A stretch of 64,000 nt of DNA from a virus (taxonomy: Duplodnaviria; Caudoviricetes), in IMG/VR virus record IMGVR_UViG_2061766007_000342, positions 160,001-224,000 of that record. One strand, written 5' to 3'. Made by a program: the position numbers and the translations under genes. Below, piece after piece: positions 59,160 through 64,000 of this stretch. Each line of letters opens with the position of its first letter. Positions within the stretch are counted from its first letter, which is position 1. Under the pieces are notes generated by a model. That model was given only the letters and a program-made list of their open reading frames with translations. It did no database searches and was not told the DNA's origin.

Positions 59160-61679
59160 ATGAAAATTTTATATTTGAAATTAGTAAACTTTGCAGACGT
59201 GTATGCAGCAATGCATACGAATGAAATCGAATTTGATTTCAAAGACATTAACAAACCGATCATTCAGATATATGGTCGAAACAGGTCTGGCAAGACAGTG
59301 TTGATTCAGAAGTTACATCCATTCTCCAGTATTAATCTGAATGGTGATGATCGTAATGATGTTCCATTAATCATCAAAGGTGAAGAGGGAATGAAACAAA
59401 TTGTATACGAGATGAATGGTGACGTTTATCAGTTCACACATGTATACAAACCGACTCCATCTGGTAGACACACAGTATCTTCTTCCTTTATTAAGAATGG
59501 AACAGAACTGAATGCTGCAGGTGGTGTTAACACGTTCAACCAGATGGTTGATCATGAATTCGGTATCAATAGGTATGTCTTCCAATTTGTTATTAACGGA
59601 ACACAATTAACATCATTCGCGGGTTTAAACCAGAACCAACGTAAGACATTATTAAACAAAGCAATGGGGATTGACATCTATGATCGTATCCATAAGCTCA
59701 GTACGGAAGATTATCGTTATACTTCCAAACTGATCACATCATTGAACAATACAAAAGAATATTTGTTGAGTAGCTATGGTTCATATGAGACATTGAAGAT
59801 GACATTAGACAAGACAGAAACAGAATACAGTAGTATCACAAAACAAATGACAGATGTGAAATCCAAGATTGATCAATTCACCGGCGTGGTTGTTTCATTA
59901 CAATCTCAAAACATTGAACAAAACTTGTATGATGTGAATACGAAGCTGGAACAATATGACACGGTTGTGAATAGTATTGGTTCATTTGATGCATTAATTT
60001 ATGATCGTTTAGTTGATGAACAAATTCAATTGAATCAATCATTGAATGAGATGAATGCAAAGCGTATGGTATTACTGAAAGATCAAGATACCTTATATGA
60101 GAAACGTAATCATATTCAAGATGAGATTATGATTCATCAACGTAACTCTCAAGAATATGATAAGTTAGTTAATATGAAGACAGAATTAACTGACAAAGTG
60201 AATATGATGAATATTCCGTATGATATCGAAGCATCGTCGAATGCATTATTATCAACCATTCCATTGGCACAAGCTGTGAATGATACTGCAAAAGAAATCA
60301 TATTGTGTTTGAATGATCATCATTTGGAGATGTTCTGTGATATGATTCTCAAGGGTGTTGATATATCCGGATTCTTAATCAAAGAAGGATCTGTATTAAT
60401 GGATTCTGAAAAGGAAAAGAATACCATATCGAGAATCCGTCATATGTTATCAACCGTGCCGGGTGAACATATTGACTGTGGTCGAAATGAATGTTTGTAT
60501 AAAAATACATTCGACCGTTTAAGCCAATACTTCAAATCATATGAATCCGTTCATGATGGTGGGTTTACACAATATGACTTAGAACAGTTTGAACATGCAT
60601 TGAAGAATTACCAAACGATTTGTCGTTTAATTAAATCACAAATTCCAAAAGAATTGGAATATGACTTTTCTGTCAATGCGATTGTTGAACAGATCAAATT
60701 GCGGAATGATCCCATTGATGTTAATCATATCAAAGAATTGGCATCGATTGCAACAAACATTGAATTGCGTAAACAATACATTCATCAATTGTCGGAGATT
60801 GAACAACATCTGTCTCGAATTCAGATGAACCAAGACATTGGTGGTAATCCCGATGAACAATTGAACAGTATCAATCAGCAATTGAGTGTAATCCAAAATG
60901 ATGTGAATGGTATGACAAATGACATTGAACAAATACGTGCCAAGTTAAACGATAATGAACAGAAACGTGTTCGATTGTCTTCTATTAAGAATATGGACAT
61001 TAAAGATTTGAAGAAACGTCAAAAGCAATTGACTAAACATATGGAACAGTTGGTTGCAACTCGTAATGAACTGAATGACTTGAACATGGAATATCGCGAT
61101 TTGGTAAACAAAGCGGGTATGATGGAACAAAGCTTAAAACAGTTACGTGATGCAAATCAACAATACTTGAAAACAATGGAAGAGATTGCAAAGCACACGG
61201 TTATGGATCAACGTTATAAGATCATATCCGAAGCAACATCTTCCACCAAGGGTAAACCGGTGATTGCTATTAAAGAAACCATGAATCAAGCATTACAAAT
61301 GTCAAATCGATTATTGAATGTGATGTATGATGGTGACATTGAACTGTTAACACCTGTAATTGATGAAACATCATTTACATTACCATTCCGATGTGGGGTG
61401 AATACATCCGATGATATCAAGACTGGTTCTCAGTCGGAATCCACATTGTTATCATTGGCATTATCCATGTCATTAGCATCCATGCTGACACATTACAATG
61501 TATTCTTATTGGATGAATGTGATGGTTATCTGGATATTGGCATGCGAGATGCTTATATTACAATGCTACAAGATATCATGTCAACATTGAAAATGGAACA
61601 AATGTTCATTATTTCACATTCTATACAGCCTGGTCAATATGACTGGATTGTTCATACAATTGATATATCACATGATTAA
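59160..61679 (+). CDS. sbcC: SbcC/Rad50-like SMC ATPase
   Basis: MKILYLKLVNF, GRNRSGKT, long coiled coils with central CxxxxC, signature-like GSQSE, LLDECDGYLD, IISH. Confidence 0.88.
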   Translation: MKILYLKLVNFADVYAAMHTNEIEFDFKDINKPIIQIYGRNRSGKTVLIQKLHPFSSINLNGDDRNDVPLIIKGEEGMKQIVYEMNGDVYQFTHVYKPTPSGRHTVSSSFIKNGTELNAAGGVNTFNQMVDHEFGINRYVFQFVINGTQLTSFAGLNQNQRKTLLNKAMGIDIYDRIHKLSTEDYRYTSKLITSLNNTKEYLLSSYGSYETLKMTLDKTETEYSSITKQMTDVKSKIDQFTGVVVSLQSQNIEQNLYDVNTKLEQYDTVVNSIGSFDALIYDRLVDEQIQLNQSLNEMNAKRMVLLKDQDTLYEKRNHIQDEIMIHQRNSQEYDKLVNMKTELTDKVNMMNIPYDIEASSNALLSTIPLAQAVNDTAKEIILCLNDHHLEMFCDMILKGVDISGFLIKEGSVLMDSEKEKNTISRIRHMLSTVPGEHIDCGRNECLYKNTFDRLSQYFKSYESVHDGGFTQYDLEQFEHALKNYQTICRLIKSQIPKELEYDFSVNAIVEQIKLRNDPIDVNHIKELASIATNIELRKQYIHQLSEIEQHLSRIQMNQDIGGNPDEQLNSINQQLSVIQNDVNGMTNDIEQIRAKLNDNEQKRVRLSSIKNMDIKDLKKRQKQLTKHMEQLVATRNELNDLNMEYRDLVNKAGMMEQSLKQLRDANQQYLKTMEEIAKHTVMDQRYKIISEATSSTKGKPVIAIKETMNQALQMSNRLLNVMYDGDIELLTPVIDETSFTLPFRCGVNTSDDIKTGSQSESTLLSLALSMSLASMLTHYNVFLLDECDGYLDIGMRDAYITMLQDIMSTLKMEQMFIISHSIQPGQYDWIVHTIDISHD

Positions 61680-61685
61680 AAACGA

Positions 61686-61718
61686 TGGAAGTGGGGGCTA
61701 TAAGCCCCCACATTTCCA
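61686..61718 (+). terminator. Hairpin after sbcC
   Basis: tggaagtgggggc-tataa-gcccccacatttcca. Confidence 0.65.
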
Positions 61719-61763
61719 AATCGTATAGCATACATAAAAAGTGACGATTTTTCTATTTTTTTA

Positions 61764-61786
61764 AAATTTGAAATATATATAATTAA
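61764..61786 (+). promoter_or_regulatory. Putative early promoter AAATTTGAAATATATATAATTAA
   Basis: Exact 23-nt match to reverse complement of 18823-18845. Confidence 0.7.
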
Positions 61787-62032
61787 AGTGTATAGGAAGG
61801 AAGAAAGCAAACCTTCCATATATAAAATCTGATGTATATCAGATTGCAAACCCGTTCCCAATGCCTCCGGGAATAGAAATATAGGACAGGCTTCCTGACT
61901 CAGTAGAGTTCAGGCTTGGGGTTAAAGCAATCGGATATTACACAGATTATCAACCCGAGATGCACGGGAAACAATACTGCATCCGGTTACGGAACATTTC
62001 GTATGTTCCCTCCACCGCAAAAGGAGTACACT

Positions 62033-62365
62033 ATGGCAGCTTTCGATTACACCCAGAATGCAGAAGCTTTCGCAGCCCTCAACACCGACCAGCAGGGCTT
62101 TGTCTTGACGGGCCTGAATAAGGCCCACAACGATGCTGTCCGTGCTGAGCGCCGCGCCGAGCGCGCACAGCGCAGGGCAGACCGTGAGGCTTTCTGGGAG
62201 GCTCACAAGGGCCTCAAGACCGGCCTCATCGTAGCAGGTGCTGCAGTCGGAACCATCGTTCTGATTGGGACGGTATATTATATCGTCCGCAAGTTGAACG
62301 AGGATGGCAGCTGCGACTGCTCCCCCGCGACCGATGCTGAGAAGCTCATCTGCGGGCTCGTGTGA
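62033..62365 (+). CDS. GC-rich small membrane-anchored protein (110 aa)
   Basis: AAAAGGAG SD, ATG 62033; charged helix then TM GLIVAGAAVGTIVLIGTVYYIV. Confidence 0.75.
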   Translation: MAAFDYTQNAEAFAALNTDQQGFVLTGLNKAHNDAVRAERRAERAQRRADREAFWEAHKGLKTGLIVAGAAVGTIVLIGTVYYIVRKLNEDGSCDCSPATDAEKLICGLV

Positions 62366-62378
62366 GAGGTGATCTCAC

Positions 62379-62456
62379 ATGACCATCAACGACGCAGATG
62401 ACTTCATCGAGCTGCTGCTTGAAGTTCTCAGAGACTTCGGCAACGGCGGGGATTGA
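62379..62456 (+). CDS. 25-aa acidic peptide MTINDADDFIELLLEVLRDFGNGGD
   Basis: GAGGTGA SD inside hairpin gtgaga-ggtga-tctcac overlapping the upstream stop. Confidence 0.5.
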   Translation: MTINDADDFIELLLEVLRDFGNGGD

Positions 62457-62630
62457 GAACACGTCTAGTGTGTAGACGTTAAACACACACAGTCGTCAGC
62501 ATGCTCAATGCTGATGTGACTCTTCAACTACCTACACAGTGGGAGTTGACCCCTGATGGAGTTCAGGCGTATGGTTCGCGTAAGAATCACGGGTCCCGCT
62601 GAAAGGCCGGACAACAGATGACGTAAAGAG
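62457..62630 (+). ncRNA. Candidate structured RNA trailer (pseudoknot plus five hairpins)
   Basis: acgtcta-gtgtg-tagacgt-taaa-cacac followed by consecutive stems. Confidence 0.45.
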
Positions 62631-62634
62631 AAAA

Positions 62635-62668
62635 ACAAAACCCCGCTTAATCGCGGGGTTTGTTTTTT
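62635..62668. terminator. Bidirectional terminator of cassette B
   Basis: aaccccgcttaatcgcggggtt with flanking A and T tracts. Confidence 0.8.
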
Positions 62669-62671
62669 GTA

Positions 62672-64000
62672 TCAAGGACGAGTATTTCCATAATAGTAGT
62701 AATCCGGGTTTACGTTATTTTTTGGAATGATCAACATGTATGTGGAAGTCGATTTGTTATAAACCAAATTACCAACAATCACATCAGTATTGGACATTGA
62801 TGGAAGTGCAGTCTTTGTGATACGATTGCCATCATCAAACCAAATATCATATCCCATCGATTTCATATGCTGATATGTTGACTTGATGCGGAAGATTGCT
62901 TCATCGTATATGAATGGAACAACATTCTCTTTGACACCATAACGGAGCTTCATATGTGATGCGTCATGTATCTTCAATACATCACGTGGAATCAAATGAT
63001 ATCGAAGACGAGTAATCTCGTCATACAAATGCAACATATTCGATTCACCGCCATTATCAAATGGACCACCAAAGATATATGTGAATTCATCCTTGGTAAA
63101 TTCTACCATATATGATTTGAAGTAAGAAATCACTTCTTTCAAGATATCAATGTATTCTTGTGCACCCAATGTGTACATCTGTAATGCGATAAGTTTGGAA
63201 TTTGTGTATGCTTCCAAAGCACGAATGATGGATTTGATCAATACCACAATTGAATCCATGTTGGATTTCATTGACATCAATCCGCGATACAATACTGGGT
63301 TAGATCGAAGTAACAATGCTTCATATGTGCGTGGACCATAATCCGTATTCGACAAATCCAATGATACTTTGTCTTTGATGATGGATTGGTATTGATTACG
63401 GAATACAGCATTCAATGCAATAGCATTATCAATGTTGGAATCATGCCATGTATCCATAACCGCATTAAACTTATCAACGAATGCAGAATCTGTGGTGAAT
63501 GGATACTGTGTTAATGACTTAACATCCGATGTCATTAACTCATATGGTGAAATCGCATATGTGGTTCCATTATATGGAACATTAATGGTGTTTTCATCTT
63601 GGAATAAGAAATACTTGAATGATTCGTATTCCTCTGCGGAGAACCCATAATTGGATATGAGGATTTCATCGGTTGATATCTCCATCGATTCAAACCATTT
63701 CAGATTCAATGGATCCGTTAAGAAGATATGATGATACGCTGTATCTACTTGACGGAATTCGTGAATCGTCATTGCATTGAATAACTTGTCTCGTAAGTAT
63801 TTATACACTGCTTTGACTTCATGCATCATGGTTTCACCAATATTAGCTGTTGTGCGATTGTAAATGCTTTCCAACATTGGTACGAATACATCGGGATCCA
63901 GGTATGATTGATAGGGAAGTGATTTGTAATACTTTGGATCAGTATTTGGTAAATCAAAATTAAATGCAGATACAAGATACGGTAATCCGGGAATCGTATC
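62672..64000 (-). CDS. C-terminal part of a large virion structural (baseplate wedge-like) protein, truncated by window edge
   Basis: Frame open to 64000 (DTIPGLPYLVSAFNFD...); LKEVISYFKSYMVEF block. Confidence 0.55.
   Translation of the reverse strand, partial: DTIPGLPYLVSAFNFDLPNTDPKYYKSLPYQSYLDPDVFVPMLESIYNRTTANIGETMMHEVKAVYKYLRDKLFNAMTIHEFRQVDTAYHHIFLTDPLNLKWFESMEISTDEILISNYGFSAEEYESFKYFLFQDENTINVPYNGTTYAISPYELMTSDVKSLTQYPFTTDSAFVDKFNAVMDTWHDSNIDNAIALNAVFRNQYQSIIKDKVSLDLSNTDYGPRTYEALLLRSNPVLYRGLMSMKSNMDSIVVLIKSIIRALEAYTNSKLIALQMYTLGAQEYIDILKEVISYFKSYMVEFTKDEFTYIFGGPFDNGGESNMLHLYDEITRLRYHLIPRDVLKIHDASHMKLRYGVKENVVPFIYDEAIFRIKSTYQHMKSMGYDIWFDDGNRITKTALPSMSNTDVIVGNLVYNKSTSTYMLIIPKNNVNPDYYYYGNTRP

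Noticed and set aside
61790-62630. CRISPR array, tRNA or hammerhead ribozyme
   Set aside because: No regularly spaced identical repeats, no tRNA T-loop/acceptor pattern, no complete CUGAUGA...GAAA core.
1-64000. Stop-codon reassignment
   Set aside because: Genes are long under the standard code and end in TAA, TGA and TAG; read-through of the helicase TAA would not restore the frame.

Overview
A segment of an AT-rich jumbo-phage genome of the phiKZ/AR9-PBS1-like supergroup; the host cannot be read from the sequence, although strong GGAGG-type SD sites suggest a Bacillota host. Recognisable core genes are: split multisubunit RNA polymerase subunits (two beta'-like, one beta-like), GyrA and GyrB, a family-B DNA polymerase fragment plus a separate small PolB-palm-like protein, two paralogous SF2 helicases, terminase, probable portal, tail sheath/tube and baseplate proteins, a large tail-fibre/adhesin cluster, a tubulin (PhuZ-like), an SbcC/SMC ATPase and a BCS1-like AAA ATPase. 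The strongest observation is that both SF2 helicase genes are interrupted inside Walker A. One carries a Glu-initiated class-3 LAGLIDADG intein; the other carries a stop-containing 8-nt gap (GGT|TAACAAGC|AAA ACG) whose removal restores GFGKT, a candidate short ribosomal-bypass element. Two GC-rich small-gene cassettes share an identical 23-nt promoter and an identical terminator and have long structured leaders/trailers. Several unexplained, highly structured intergenic elements are also present. No tRNA, rRNA or CRISPR array was seen. All calls come from motif reading by eye, not database searches.
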